From the NCBI GenBank assembly GCA_001949185.1, contig BDGG01000015.1, positions 191,036 to 255,035 of the forward strand: DNA of 64,000 nucleotides. Reading direction: 5' to 3'. Below the pieces are notes generated by a model that was not told where the DNA came from, did not search any database, and was given only the letters and a program-made list of their open reading frames with translations. This document shows positions 34,719 through 49,031 of the stretch, one piece after another. Made by a program: the position numbers and the translations under genes. This DNA is from Ramazzottius varieornatus. Lineage: Eukaryota > Animalia > Tardigrada. Position 1 is the first letter of the stretch. Every line of letters begins with the position of its first letter.

Positions 34719-36865
34719 AATGACTAACAAAAAAAACCCGCTTGCTTGCTACTCTTCAGTTGATTTTCAGTAAAATCTTTCAAGCTTTTGCTGTTTTGTC
34801 AGCGAGGTACCTGATTTTGTTCTCCCGTAGTAATGTCTTTGATATGCAACTGAGGGCATTCCCCAATTGCAGATGTCAGTAAACTCCGATGTCGAAGGTG
34901 CTTCCCAGCCCGCGGACAAATTGAATTGGTTGAGTGTGTCTGCGCAAGTTCACTATTACTGTAACAATCGCATTTCACCAGGGGCGGGCAGATACTTTTG
35001 ACACTATCTGAAAGCGCTCCTCTGAAGCGCAGGCTAAATGCAAAAGCTATTGTCGGCAAGCCTTAGTTGTATCTTACTTCTAACATCAGAAAGCAATGCC
35101 GGGGATATCGAGAATCACACGTTCCAGAGTGTGCCGTCTTAAACCGCCCAGGGTGGAAAGGTGGCAATGTCTATATCAGAGACGCTCTTAGGTGGAGAAA
35201 AAAGGCATCGATAGTGCAGGTGTGTGATCGAAAGACATTTGGGTTACGGCAGTCAATTACAATACGAACTGTTTTGACTCCAAACGACCCTTTTCTGACA
35301 CGAAGACATGGAAACTATCGAAGAGAATAAGGCAGTAAGTTGGTCGTACCTCGCCCTGGCTCAGAAGTCTCAAAAAACTGTTCGTCCTTTTGGGAAGAGG
35401 TTCCGAGATATTCAGGGGAGACCACCACCTGCAACACCCTCACACGAGGGTTTAATTTCGAAACGTAGATGCATTTAGGTTTGATCTCGTACGAAAATAG
35501 TCCCGTTCGCAAGCCTTGAGGCATTGTTCAGTTCGGGACTTTTTCAGTGAGCGATATACCGGAGAAGCCATGCGGCTAGAAGTTCCAAACTGAGTGCCGG
35601 TTGGCACAGCCGCTCTATGCCCGCCTTAAAGCGCTAGCTATGTTAGCTGATCCAGCGCGATCCTGATCTCCGGGACTTTTCGCGCAGTGGGTCTAACCGT
35701 TCAGAAACCAGAAAAGACGCGATGCAGCTGGTCTGACCATGCTACCACGCGGCCCGCTGCAAGGGAAGGGTTAAAGCACCTAATGTGATGAGAACGGTAT
35801 AACCACTGAGCCAGAGGAGCACTTACCACGGCATCTTCTGATCTTTCCGTCTGGAAGTGATCCAAACTTTGGACCTGGAAAAATTTCGAGTGTGATACTA
35901 CGCCTGCTAGGCGTGCTTAACCTGATCGTGACGTCCTCTAACGTATATCCCGAACTGGTCTCGTATTAAATCAGCCCGGAAATCCCGAACTGAGGGCTGC
36001 CGAGTCTCAGTTTCACCATTTTCGTACGAGGAAGCCGAAGGGTAGATGCATTTCTGTGTTGTCTGACGTCATTGTGACGTTAAACGTTGCTGTCAGAAAG
36101 TCGTACCCCTTCATGGTTTCCCGAAGTGGCTACATAGCTGAACTTCAAAATCGTATTCCTTGATGTCCGTTACACCAGATCGCATTGGCCGTTCAAGATG
36201 GCCCTTGGGGCCTCAAAATATCGGACACGTTTCTTGAACAGTTTTAACTGGCGGTCGTTCGTATGCAAAAAGGCCGCCGATACCCATTCACAGGCGAAGT
36301 AAGGCCCTGTGTTACCTACTCTGGGTATATGTACATTGGCCATGGAACGCCATGCACTATATGCACTAAGAAGGTCCGTCAACCAGGACGAAAGGTGGCC
36401 AGGCTGACAGCTAGATGAGCTAATGTCTCAACTCTGTTTCCGTCAAGCAATTTTGGGATCGTGGTCAAACAGTCTTGGACTTTTTGGCACTGACTAGGTC
36501 GAAAGTCAATTATGACAGCTTACATTTAGGTCGACTCTAGCCGTCAAAAATGTGAACGAAAGTGATGGTCCAGTAGGCTACCTTTGACGAAGCTTCGATT
36601 TCGCTGTGACCGGGATTGGTACTGCCAGGTTGATCATGAAACAAAAGCTGGATGTTACTGATTTCTTAGATAACAAGACAAGCATTGTCGGAAACGGAAG
36701 ACACTGGCAGAGTTTTTCCGGTGTTCTGAGGAGAAATTGTCTAGCTGTCGCCAAGCCATTGAGCTGCATTCGACTATATGAAAAACATGTGACAGTGTGA
36801 AGTCAGGCCAGCCGTAATTCTCAAACCACGACACCAGTAGCGGTACTTCCGAGTTCGTCTGTCGG

Positions 36866-39800
36866 TCACACTTCTACAGCCGTCTTAGGATACGGTAACT
36901 TCCTTCTGCAGAAGCAAAGTCAAGCAGTAAACGACAGACTTCGGCACATGTACACGTACGACGAGATAATTATGGGACATGCAGGCCTTCTCGCTATAGC
37001 GGTATAGAGCACGTACGCATACAGCTGAATCTCCCTAATACACTTTTCGAGTTTCGAACGCTTATCTGCGGTTGGTTTTCCATTTTGCCGTCCTTTCTAT
37101 AGAAGGCTCGGCGAAGCTAAAATAAGCCGTTTTAGCCGTGGCTAAAAATATTTTAGCCGCGGCTACAGCAGCTAAATTACTTTTATCCACGGCTAAAATG
37201 TATTGTACGTTCGATTGATTTTTTGATGNNNNNNNNNNNNNNNNNNNNNNNNNNNNNNNNNNNNNNNNNNNNNNNNNNTCAGCATCAATAAATCAATCGA
37301 ACGCACAATATATTTTAGCCGTGGATAAAAGTATTTTAGCTGCTTTCGCCGCGGCTAAAATATTTTTAGCCACGGCTAAGAACGGCTAAAACGGCTTATT
37401 TTAGCTTCGCCGAGCCTTCTGCTGTATGCTCTCCCGAAATTCACGTACGTCACTGACTCTCAAATCATTGGGGTCTTACCGTCTAGTTTTACACTCTGAA
37501 TGGAGTGACGTACGTGAATTTCGGGAGAGTATACAGTATAGTCTTTTCCGCCTGTCCCACAATTTCTCGTCGAACTTGTACTGATCCTTCACTTACACGT
37601 CCACAGGTACGGCTCTTTCATAGTGGTCCTCGGCGTAGTCTGAGTTTTTCTGGATGAGCAGCTGTCTGCTTAACAGCACAGATACGACGACTGTCGGAGG
37701 GAAGAGGAAACACGAGTATATCAGCCCAAATCCGACGAGTACCTACGTACGGTTAACAATACTCTGGTCTTTCAGCCCGCTGCTACGGTTCGGTCAATAA
37801 AAAAGTGTCAACAGCTAGCTTATGCCTGTCGGCAAGAACCTCACCATGTTTCCCAAAATCCAGTCACACAACAAATCTGCTAAGGAATCAGTTGCTTGCA
37901 GAACAGGCTGACACATCCCGATGTGGTTGGTAGTCTGCAAAGACCTTGACATTAGGAGACTTCAACTCTCGGTTCGCGCAGTAAATTAGGATCGTTCGGT
38001 CGGATTTACTGTACTCACCATGTTCAGATAATTTTCGATATAGTGGTCGATGAAACCCATCAACCGCGCTTTGAAAAGGTTTGTTTTCTGTAGAAAGACA
38101 CATACTCCAGCTTTCGTAATGAGCTGTATGGTCAACAGCTGGACGGAAATACCTCGGTGGCTAGGGGTATCAAAAATTTCTGGGCGAACTCTGACGTGGC
38201 GCTGGACAACTGCGTCTCGAAGTGTTCCTGCTTGGTTTTCAGGTTGCCGATATCGTGTATGAAGTGGTCGACACCGTGCACAGCCGAATTCATTTGCTCC
38301 TTTGCCCAAGCGATATCTGTTGCCATCATGTCCACTAGAGTTTGTTGGGCTTCTGCTACCCTCGTCTTCTCGTGCGGCTTCTCTATCAGGCCTTCAGCGA
38401 TTTTGCCCAGTTCTTTAATGGCGTCCATTACCATCACATCATTCAGCCCATACATCAACTAGCAAAGGGTACCACGTTACATAACAGCTCACTTGAAAAA
38501 TGAAAGGTCAATCCCACCGTTTTTTTCCTTTCCGTTAAATCGATGTCGAGTATTTTTTGATACTTTCGCATCAGCAGCCTCAGTGTCTCAGGATAAAATT
38601 GCTTATTTTCTATTCCGAGTTTTTTCGGGGTCAACCAGTCCAGGGCGTCGTTCAACCTCGCCTTAATCGTAATGTTTCGAATCCATCGGAAGTACTGCTT
38701 GGAGCTTGAAAATCGTTCACCGACTCCCGAGACCATATTCGCTCCCCTCATTCCTTTGGGCCGGAGTGATCTGAAGTCCAACATGTCGGACATGGTGGGC
38801 CGCGTGTTACAGATCTCTAAGGCTTTCCCGATGGTGGGCATCTCGGCCTGATATGTCATCGAATGGTCGTGCGGCATTTTCGGGATATAGGGCTTCTGCT
38901 CAATCAACGAAGACACCATCTGCCGGCACAAAGCTTTTTTACTTCCTGACCCAGTGTGGAATTCCAGGAAGTGATTCTTAGTTGCTCAATTTTTGAGTTT
39001 TTAAGCGCACCTGGTCGACTGCAACCTCGCTGAAATTGTCGGCTCGTATGCTCGGGCACACTAGTCCGGTCCCGACGGTTCCTCCCACGACAAAGACAAT
39101 GCCCACCAGAATGAGTATTGTGGACAGAAACAAGGAAGTGTAACTTACTCTAACAAAGAAGAGCTCAGTGTTTTTTCAAGATGAAATTAGGTGGTACTTA
39201 CTAGTTAGGGACGAACAATGGGCGCAATATTTGGGATGCGCTTACCCCATGAGAAGAAGTCCGGAGAAGTCGGATGGTAACTCGCGAGAAGTTGGCAAGA
39301 CAATCGTTTCGTAATGACAGCAACCACACAGTCCACCAATCAGCCACGCAAGTGCGAAAAGCAGTAGCATTCCGTCCACCACAAACAACAGCCACATTCT
39401 GGAACAGAGGGATACCGTTTTCTATGGTCGAGTATCACAAGATCCACTAATGTAGCGATAAAGGAACGTACAAGTACCAGGCTGATGGGGATCCGGTGGA
39501 GTGGTGCATAAGATGGAAATTTTCCGACATCTTCACCAGTGTGTTCAACATAGGCGTGGTCAGGTTGAACTCAATAGGAAATGTCCAGTTATGGATGCTT
39601 TTTTGCCATCTTGCCAATGTTTTATTCTGGTAATCTGTACAATATCGTGGGAGAAAAGATGTCGAAAATAGACACTTTTGTAGTCCGAGGAGTAAGTTCC
39701 AACTTTTCTAACTCGCCGAACTGGTGAAAGCTTTACTAAGAGACAATTTTCTCATCTACCATCAGGTACCGAAATCATAAGTTAATTCGCAAACAGTCCT

Positions 39801-42635
39801 CCACATCTTGCTCACTTCTGAGCCAGAAAGAACCGGAAACCAACGGGAGATCATGACGGCTGGATCAAGGCCTAAAATGAGCTGCGAATGGTAACTGGCC
39901 AAAACTTTACTAAATTCTGCTCAGCCGCCCACTCGGTTCAGTTGGTTATAGTCTGAATTCGTCGTGGGCTGCGCTACCTTCAGAATTTGACTTAGTAAAG
40001 CATGTCCTGTAGAAAAGGTAGGCCTGCCTCCTCGTATATGTACAGTAGTACCGTTACCCGAATTGACCTTCTCTTCACCTGTAAAGTTGTTGTAGATCTC
40101 ATCTTGAAGAACGTATCCAATTTGTTCAAACAGGTAAGTGGAGTTGTTGATCCACCCCAGCAGTCCTGATTCTAGGATATCCGTGGCTTCCTTCACTCTA
40201 CTGTCGATGTTTAGCTGTGGAATACAATGTTCGTTTCCTCTTTCCAATGATCTGGAGAACTTAGGAAAGAAGTACCGTTCTCGAATTCACGTCATTGAGT
40301 AAGAAAACATCAGCATTGATCCGGTCGCAGAACAGCGGTGTAGTGCAGACTTTCTTGAAGGCGAGCAGGTCCAACCGTTCTTTAAAAAAACGTTCGGTCA
40401 CGTTGTCAAACACTTCAGCGGCGGTACCCAGCTCCTGGTTGATGTTTTCAAGTTCGGTCTGAAGTTCAACCACGTCTTCAACAGAAGAAAAAAGTATTCA
40501 AAAGTCCAAAATAACAGAATAAAATTCGGCCTGTCCGAATGGCGATTTACAACTTGCATAACGAGTTACGTACTTTCGTGGAAAGAAATCGCTGCCCGTT
40601 TCCTACTGTATGTTTCGTTGTGGAAGAGCGAGTAGGAGAAACTGAAACTGATATCTTACCAGCAATGGTTGAGTTGAGGGCAGATACCCCCGCCCTCGTT
40701 TTGAGATCTATCTTGTTCGAGGTCCACACAGCGTCGCTGACCAAATCGGCGAACCCCGCGATATGGTCGTTTAGTTCGTCAATCAGCAGTTTCATGTTCG
40801 CTACGCGAAGTTTCTCAAAATCCGACTGCATGTTGTACACTGCGTCGCGGAAGTCCGCCAGTACTTTCTGCACGGTTTCGGGAAAGTAGTAGATGCCTTT
40901 GACCAATCCAGATCCGGCTATGGTCGTCACCACAAAGACTACACTAAAACAGGTCGGGAATCGTGGGAGAAGTTTGCTAAAAAACTGCCCACTGTAAGTG
41001 AATCGTCATCCGTACCCCTGCAGAGCAATGAGGACGAACAGAAGAATGACCAACACGACGAAAAGCCAACCGTATTTCCTAATGCTGTATGCTTGGTATG
41101 TTGATCCCAGAAACCCAAATCGCATCCGGAGAACCATCATGGCGATTGCTACAGACTCAACACATAGAGATTTATATCTTACAGGGTGATACTTTTGACG
41201 AATGAATAGTTTACCTACAAGCGGGTAGATGATGGCGGGAACCAGCATTCGGTTAGCAAAATCCACCAACTCAGCCGTTTCCTGCAGCACGAAAGAATGA
41301 ATTGGAAGGGCGAGACATCGTACTTCACAGCACACGCACGATCGATAATTATGGAACAGTAAAAATTATGGAACAGCCGGAAAGGACGGCAAAAGGCAAA
41401 TTCAACCGTAGAAGAGTATCGAAGAGTGTATTACCGTGAACTGGTCGCGTGCGTACTTCACGTGTTTCCGTACCGCCGTAGCGAAAAGGCCTGTCCCATA
41501 ATTTTTACTGTACCATAATTTCCCATCGTGCGTGTACGGTGCAAGCGTGAATAATTGTCAGAAATGGGTGCTGGATGGAGCCAGATGGAAGCAGCCAATG
41601 GAATTTGCTCATCCAGCAAACTATAACTCTCGCTCGTTTTTAACGATTACTTTTGGCGTACACCGTATAACGTCACACGTAATACGTATACTTACGGTAA
41701 CTTACCGTGTTCTCCAGTAGGGACAAAAAGGCGGAGCCGTAACTCATATTTCCAGTTACCGCCATAGTCAAGTTTTCCAGTGCGCTCCTTACAAAGTCTG
41801 CCGACAAGGACAGTGCAAGCGATCGTCCAAAGCAATGGATAGAGATCTTGCAGTCTGCGCCGATGGTTTGAACAAACGAAAGTATATACAACCGAATCGC
41901 TTCCGTTTCGAAATGTTTGCATATTCAAGATTAATGATTCGCTTCGCGACTCACGAAACGAAGGAGGGTTTCGTTCGTGAATCACGAAAAAAACTCTTCG
42001 CCGATTTCCAACTTTCCTGCATTGCCTTGAGCAATACTCTGACCGGTGAAACGCACTGGGCAGAGTAATCCGTGCGAGGGCAGTGCAGGGCAACCAATCC
42101 GGACAATCAATCAGATTTGCATATGAGCCGGCACTGAGGATAACTTTTTCTAGCTCCAGACAACTCTTTTTCGACATCAAATTGTTGGCAATATTCAGCG
42201 TTTCGTTTGTTTGCTTCACTTATGAGTTTTGCAAGGTCGCTAATATCGCCGTTTCACCATAATCAGTTGGCATAACTCACCATCAGTGACAAACTTGAGA
42301 AAAGTATCCCTAACAAAGTCGCGGGACATCTTCATTAGTTGGTCCGTGAAGTTCGTATGGGCGGAAAATTCGGACAAATTTGGGGCATCATAATCGTGAA
42401 TGGGGTGCGCAGGTATTGCCAGTGGGACAATTGTAGCCTCGTTCAGAGGTACAAGTTTCCTCCGACTGATCGTGACGTTGCTCGTTGATTTATTGGTCAC
42501 GAAAAATCCATTATCCACGTCATCGGCGACTACTATGTGCAAATCTTTGGCTTCTCCATGTCCATCGGCTTGATACGCATCTAATAGTAACAGGATAGCA
42601 AAAAGCGGAACTGAGCATGCTAGATTTCTTCTCAT
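36866..42635 (-). CDS. Prominin-like five-TM glycoprotein
   Basis: Signal peptide MRRNLACSVPLFAILLLL; long helical extracellular loops; prominin-like motifs FVVGGTVGTGLVCP, ALEICN and IGMCQPV...LLCDWI; TM5 VLVGFGLIYSCFLFPPTVVVSVLLSR; last exon ends KTAVEV* at 36866. Confidence 0.75.
37101..37420. mobile_element. Foldback/MITE palindrome around a 50-N gap
   Basis: AGAAGGCTCGGCGAAGCTAAAATAAGCCG ... CGGCTTATTTTAGCTTCGCCGAGCCTTCT, with internal TTAGCC/GGCTAA subrepeats. Confidence 0.75.
37422..37536. mobile_element. Small MITE with about 33-bp TIRs
   Basis: CTGTATGCTCTCCCGAAATTCACGTACGTCACT ... AGTGACGTACGTGAATTTCGGGAGAGTATACAG. Confidence 0.75.
41333..41534. mobile_element. Intronic MITE with about 45-bp imperfect TIRs containing an internal tandem repeat
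   Basis: CACGCACGAT..AATTATGGAACAGTAAAAATTATGGAACAG ... CTGTCCCATAATTTTTACTGTACCATAATT..ATCGTGCGTG|TA. Confidence 0.7.
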
Positions 42636-43279
42636 GATTCGCCACCTCCAAGTATCAACATTGAATTTGACGTTTTTCTGCACTGTTTTAACAACCGTCC
42701 TGTACAACACATTTATCGTTGCATTCGAAACTCGAAGGTCATATCGATTGTTATGGTCACACCCCTCTAGTAGACTCCAAACAGTAGAATCCAAACCATG
42801 GCAGTAGTGTATGTTGAATATTTATGTATCTTTATGCGGGATGAACCTTAGCCCTAATAAAAACAATGCCACACAATAAAACAGCGGCTAAGTGAAGATA
42901 GTCCATAAACCTGTGAAGAAGAAAACAACTCAACAAAACGTTTAGCTTGAATGTAATTGTGGACAAGAAGTCATAAGCACACAAGAAAATCAAAACCAGC
43001 TCGACCATCAAAGTCTATACACCCGCGAAGACAAATCCAACTAGACTGACCCAAGCGAAAACAAGCAGAAAAAAATATCATCCAACGACTTTTCGTACCG
43101 TAGTCCAATAAACTACCGGGTAACTCTTCTCCGCACCAGCGTTCAACTCCAAACCAGCCAAACAACAAGAAGAAAAAGTAAAATGTACAAAACTACGAAT
43201 AGAGCCTGTACAACTTTTGCCACATCGGATGGAGAAGAATACTGTCGCGTCAAAAACCTCAAAGCAACTGCCGTAAAAC

Positions 43280-46200
43280 TTATTCTTCCTTCTTCGGTGT
43301 CTTATACCCCTCTTCACCGCCCAATATTGTCGCAATCTCGCCTTGCATGAAGGCCCACGGGACGGTCGAGCCTTGCAGCGGACATCTTTCTCCACTGGGG
43401 CAATAGACATCACTGCCGGCACCCTGCTTCCTTATGCTATCTCTCGAGCAGGGAAAGCAAAACTTGTGGTGCGAAACAGAGGGACACTGGACAAAGTGTG
43501 TATCTTCTAGTCGTTCGTGGCATATCGTACAGCGCAGCATCTGGCTGCCGGCAGTTCCGTTGCCGTTGGAGGTTGAGGTCTGCAGCGGGCTGATGTCCCG
43601 GCCAATGTGGCCACTGGACGCTGAGGGCGCGCGGTTCTCTCCATCCAGGCCGTTACTTTTGCGCCGGCCGTGAGCCACCAGGTGGGAGAACTGCCGACCC
43701 ATTAGCAGGGACTGGTGTTGAGGTGATTCCATGGAGCCTTCAGTGGGCGAAGCTGCCGGGTTGGGACGGAGGGATGGCGATTGAACGGACAAGCTGGAGG
43801 ATGACAGTGAGGAGGTTAGTGCCGCTGGGTTTTGACTGCTTTCGCGATCGCGAGGAGAACCGGCTTGAGTGGGAGCCACCACAATTTCCTAAAAAGAAAC
43901 AAAACTGGATGCAATTGAACATATGGGTATCTCCATATGAGAATGCGTCCAAAGCATCTTCGCTTGCAACTGGCTTCTTATAACATCAAGTTCTTTGGAA
44001 TATCGAGCCGTACCATAGTTCAATTTGCCGCACTTTGCCGCGGTAATGAAACCAGAACGAGCGGTTGAAAGATTCGAGCTAACAAATCAGAAACCACAGG
44101 GGGTGTTAACGGGCAGTCTTGGCGTCGGCAACACACTCCAGCCGGAGACGCGCATCAGCGACCACGTCCGATGCATGCTGTCCGACTAAAGCTAGTGTTT
44201 GATTAATCGATCGAACACAGCTGCGCACATCGTATTTGACCGTTGCGCGTGCCGATTCATGCACCACACAGTCTTCATGATCTTTTGGGTTGCCGCTTGT
44301 AACTTTGTGACCTGTGGTAGAAACTTGATTCTGCCTTCAGATTCGCGTTTCTCGGGGTTTGTTTGATGTGGGCCTAAGTCTTGTTAGGGTCCAGAAGCTT
44401 TAAAACGTTCTCCTGAGCAATTTGGTCAGACACACTTTGGACGCATTCTCATATGGAGATACCCATATGACAGGAGTAGTCAGTGTCACGCAACTTTGAT
44501 TTCCTGTATTATTGGGCTATCTCAGATTCCATGGAATCGAAGACAGAACTAAGCCAACTTTCTACGGTATTTCCAGACATTACTCACTACACCGCGTACT
44601 CACCGGTGGGCTTCCTCGCAAGCTGCCGGCATGTGAGCTGCCAGGCGAATGCGCCAGCGGGAGGTTAGCACTACTCGAGCCTGCCGTAGCACTGGCCCCA
44701 GAGCCATTGCTCATCGAATTTCCCGCGCCGCCACTTCCCGTCAATGCAGCGGAAACTGAGATTGGCGGACTAGTTGCCGCAGTCGCCGCTGCAAACAACA
44801 TGCAAAATTACCTGCAGTCAGCCCCGAAGGCTCCTCCATCGAGGGTAATCACACACACATTTCCCGCAACAAATACCTGTCTTGGGGGCAAGCGGATCTG
44901 GCTGGGAGCGTGGCGCCGCAGCCAGCAAGTGCTCTTTCCGAAGGCGAATGTCGTTGGTGCCGCCGCTACCGCCCTCCTTGCTGCCGCTGCCACTGCCACC
45001 GCTGTTGACGCTGCCCATGGACATGGGTCGTGGCAGCAGGAGATCAGAATGCGCCGACTGGACACTGGATATGACGTCTTGGACATGCATTCGTTTACTG
45101 CTGTTGGCCATGTCCACCACTGGCGGACTATTAGGATGACGGTGTAACGACATCGATGATGGCTTCATTTCAGGAACGGACTCTTCATCGATGCGGTCCA
45201 TACTGGCGTGTGGACGTTTCTGCACTATCGATGTATGCATTGAACCTAAGAACGGAAAGAATATCGAAGTACCTTTCAACCTGCCCCTCAACAGCAACGG
45301 CAAATCGACCAACAAACCACGATATGAACGTCTTTCCAAGTAGCGCACGTCTCCGGTGTTTTGGCTGGAAACGTGCGCAACTTAGAAAAAGATCTATACT
45401 AGTTTGTTTGCTATACTGTTAAACATATCAAAAATCATTCTAGAACTTTCAGGTCTGTGGTGGGGGCATACCTGACATTTGATTGGGAATTGGCCCGACG
45501 TGGTTAGTATGGGGCTGGAGTGGGATACCGGAGCGTATTCCGGCGACTGACATATGCGCTTGCGTCAGTAGAGGTAACCTTGTAGGCAGCAGTCCCGCAC
45601 TGCTGATGGCGCCCATCGAGTTGCGGCGATCCGACATGGACATGTGTTCCACCCCGTTTATTCCACCGTTCATGAAGGGACTGGCGGAGAAATCCATTCG
45701 CGGTCCATTCTGCGACTGCTGCTGTTGTGGACTTTGCATGGACGGAGGACCAGACGACCTAAACGAGCAAGCCATTAGAATTTCTGTACAGACACACTAC
45801 CTTTCGAGTCATCCGGGATAACCGGATAGGCAGTGCAGATAAACTACTGTACTGCCAGTTTTCGTCTCTTTAGAGCAGCCAATAATCCATCTCGGCAATT
45901 TACTACGTGTGAGCCACAAAATTATGTAGAAAAATGTCATGAAGAAATATATTTTACCTGGACTGTTGTTGTGTCTGATGTTGTGAGTGCTGTTGTGGCA
46001 TACGGATTTCCTGCATGCCATAGCGTCCTTCATGGTGGTGGTTGCTACTACGGGATATGTTGGAGGAGGATCCGGGTGGCGGGCCACTGCGGTTGTCGCC
46101 GTTCTGTAGTTCGTGAGGATTGCGGGAATATGACGAAGAGCTGGAGCTGCTGCTGTTGTGTTTGGGCGCTGATGGTGGGCCATTGGACATTGAAGAACCA

Positions 46201-46777
46201 TTGCGGTTGGGCCCTGCGTTCTCGTGGACGGTATGAGCACGTTTCATCTGTCTAACATCGTCTATCACATGCTCTATCCGATCTGGACCTGCAACCATTA
46301 CAGATCGCTATTAACAACCATACCTAAAAAACGTACCAAATAAAGTTGCCTTCTCCAAGCCATATACAAAAGTAAAAAAATCACGAGCGGCTGTTTTTGA
46401 AATTTCAGCCCATGCGGGCCACTCGTAAGTTGAGGTATTTTCGATTTTGAAACTTCGTGAGTGGCATATTCTTCGCAGCCTAAGACCTACAGAGTAACGA
46501 CGATTTGCTACGTACGATATTGCCATATTCTCCAGTTATTAAAACGAACAAAGTGGAGTTGCAGGCTATTAGATGATACTTGGCCTGGACCATTACTATT
46601 ACATCCCGGTGGTGGCTTACCTTCGTAATTGACACATCCCCGACATACGGGTTCGGAAAATTCCAACAGCATGGCCCATGGATAGCGAGGGAGATCGCAC
46701 AGATAGCAATGTTGTCTCGAAGCGCGATACATGTTCTCAATCATGAATGGAGAAGATTTGGCCAAAGTGACAGGCAT
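43280..46777 (-). CDS. IRF2BP: Interferon regulatory factor 2-binding protein family (IRF2BP2/IRF2BPL/Pits)
   Basis: N-terminal zinc finger [33 protein letters not shown] and C-terminal [34 protein letters not shown]...[28 protein letters not shown]. Start Met uncertain (46777, 46744 or 46732). Confidence 0.95.
43925..44464. mobile_element. MITE in an IRF2BP intron with perfect 30-bp TIRs and apparent ATAT duplication
   Basis: ATAT|GGGTATCTCCATATGAGAATGCGTCCAAAG ... CTTTGGACGCATTCTCATATGGAGATACCC|ATAT. Confidence 0.85.
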
Positions 46778-47262
46778 ATATACACGCAATGTGTAATCCC
46801 GAAAGAAGATCCAACATCTACAGTGGCGCTGCTTCGTTCCTCTACATGTCCTTATCACCCCGAGTCATCTCTCCGGGGATCATTCCTCTCCGTTCCCTCT
46901 GCAACCAGAGCACACACGGGTTACATAAAATCGTAGGTGAGGTTAATGTCAGCCTTATCAGCACAGCTATAGTCCAATGTTCGTCATTCATCTTCCAGGG
47001 CATGTTGCATTATACATTGCACCGGACGTAGCTAGATGATCCCCGAGATTTCCTACTCTACATCAAGCGTCTCTTCCACCTACCCACACATAAGATAAGT
47101 CAGTACAGGAAGAAGCCTGGAATCCATCAAACTTGTTAGGCTCATTATCAAATCCGATCAACTTCAAAAATCTAATTCCTAACTGCATTTCTTAACGCCA
47201 GCTAACTTATCACTGTCAGCTGTTCGTCATCCGGAGCATCATCAATAAGTAACTCGTAGCAA

Positions 47263-47320
47263 TGACGTCACCAATCAACCGCCCATTTCGCACGGTACAC
47301 ACAGGGCTTAGCTGACGTCA
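47263..47320. promoter_or_regulatory. Two perfect CRE palindromes (TGACGTCA) with an adjacent CCAAT, upstream of IRF2BP
   Basis: TGACGTCA at 47263-47270 and 47313-47320; CCAAT at 47271-47275. Confidence 0.5.
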
Positions 47321-49031
47321 CTGCAGTCATCGTCACAGAGCGTCTATTAACATCGTCCCAACGGTTGAAACTAACTTGACCAAACGAAGCAGGATTACCA
47401 TGATCCAAGGAAGTTACTTCCATACCAATGACAGTAAAACCTTTCACCCGTTGAGCATGTCCACCTTGATATTATCGAATTTCTATGGACCTATGTACCG
47501 TCAGGGCAAACCCTGCGAATGTTTCAAGGTGAAACGTAAGACAGCTATCATCTATTCAACAAATCAAAAGCACCCACGAGCGGATTGTTATACGGTAATT
47601 ACAAGGAGTAATAATCTGCCCGTCGCGAAATGGAAATTCCCGGAATGATTGCCGCTTTCACCTCCCGCAAATCTGCCTTACTGTAGGTATGTCACGTGCG
47701 CCACTGATCCGATGCAGGTATAATTAAAGCTCGCACCAGGAAATGTTTTTCACCTGTACGCAAAAAGGATCTGTTATATCCAGAACGGCAAACAATCGTT
47801 GCTGGAAAAAAAGGGAAACAGAAGACGCCAAGAGTTTAAATAAAACTGAGAAGTTAAACTGGGCGAGCCGCGAGTCAAACAAAGAAGAAAAACACAAAAT
47901 TTCCGCAAGGAAATTACGTACACGTACTGAAAGTTTTCTTCTTGTCAGTTCGACTGAAGGTAACGAAGTTCAAAGATGAGCCGAGAGCTAGCCTGAAGGC
48001 TATACGGTGTGCTGCCGTCTGGTTGATCGAGAATCTGTTCTATTCCTCCGAGGTTTCTACCTGAGGCTGCAATCACTAATCAGTGGCTTCCGATCATCAT
48101 CGGTGTTATGCTCGGTCGTTCATTTCTTACCGCACGTCAAGTAACCTCCTTGCAGCTTTGTTCTCAGAATCCATGCGGCCTCGACGGAATTCATTTCCGG
48201 TTGCCGCATTGTTTCGGAGCCAGAATCGAGGTTTGAATATATTGATTTCTGCACCTTCTGCTAAGAGACTATGATCGACCGGAAGCAAAATGGGGACTTT
48301 CTGCAAAAACAGCCGCCATTTGATTTATTCAACAACATGATTTTCCCCATTGGAATGCGACCGCGGTAACTTGTATTGTCAATAAGAATATGATAATCAT
48401 TTTGGAAGCAGTTTTCAAGCCTGTGGATTTTCCCCTGGCTACATTTTCAAGTGAACTTGGGTTTCTTGATACTTCCGTTATCCGGATAGACGGATTAAAT
48501 ATTGAGGGTTAGCCGTGATGCTCGTGCATACAATGAGGAGATTAAGTTAGCGTTGAGCTCTTCAGTCCTTCTTAGAACTACTGGTCCTAAATCGGGAAGA
48601 TGATTGGTTTCCGAGTAAGACTAGCACGTGCGCACGCCGGTCCAACCGGGGTATTAGGACCAGCCCAATTGAAGACCGGATGATTACCGGGATCCAGATG
48701 ATCGGATCGTGGTAGATCCTGCTCAACTATGAAGCAAGTCAAGCAAGTGCCACCTCATCTCACCTGATAACTTAATGTCATACTGGCAACAGGAGACTAA
48801 AGATTCTCATGGACATCGTCACAAGGATTCAATGGTTTGGTTGGGACAATTAACCGAAAGCTGAGATCCCAAATGTGGTCGTCTATAGGCGGGTCCAGAA
48901 AGGAGGGCATCTCACCGAATTCAGGACCTTGTTGAGACTATGTTGGCAGAATGTGGCAATATGGCGCCATGTGATAAAGCAGTCTCTTGTTTCACATACG
49001 AGTGTTAAGTCTACTGCACTTCACGAATATC

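Noticed and set aside
34799-36800. Short ORFs and a possible piggyBac-like end (GGG|TTAA near 35770)
   Set aside because: No matching left end or coding signal found.
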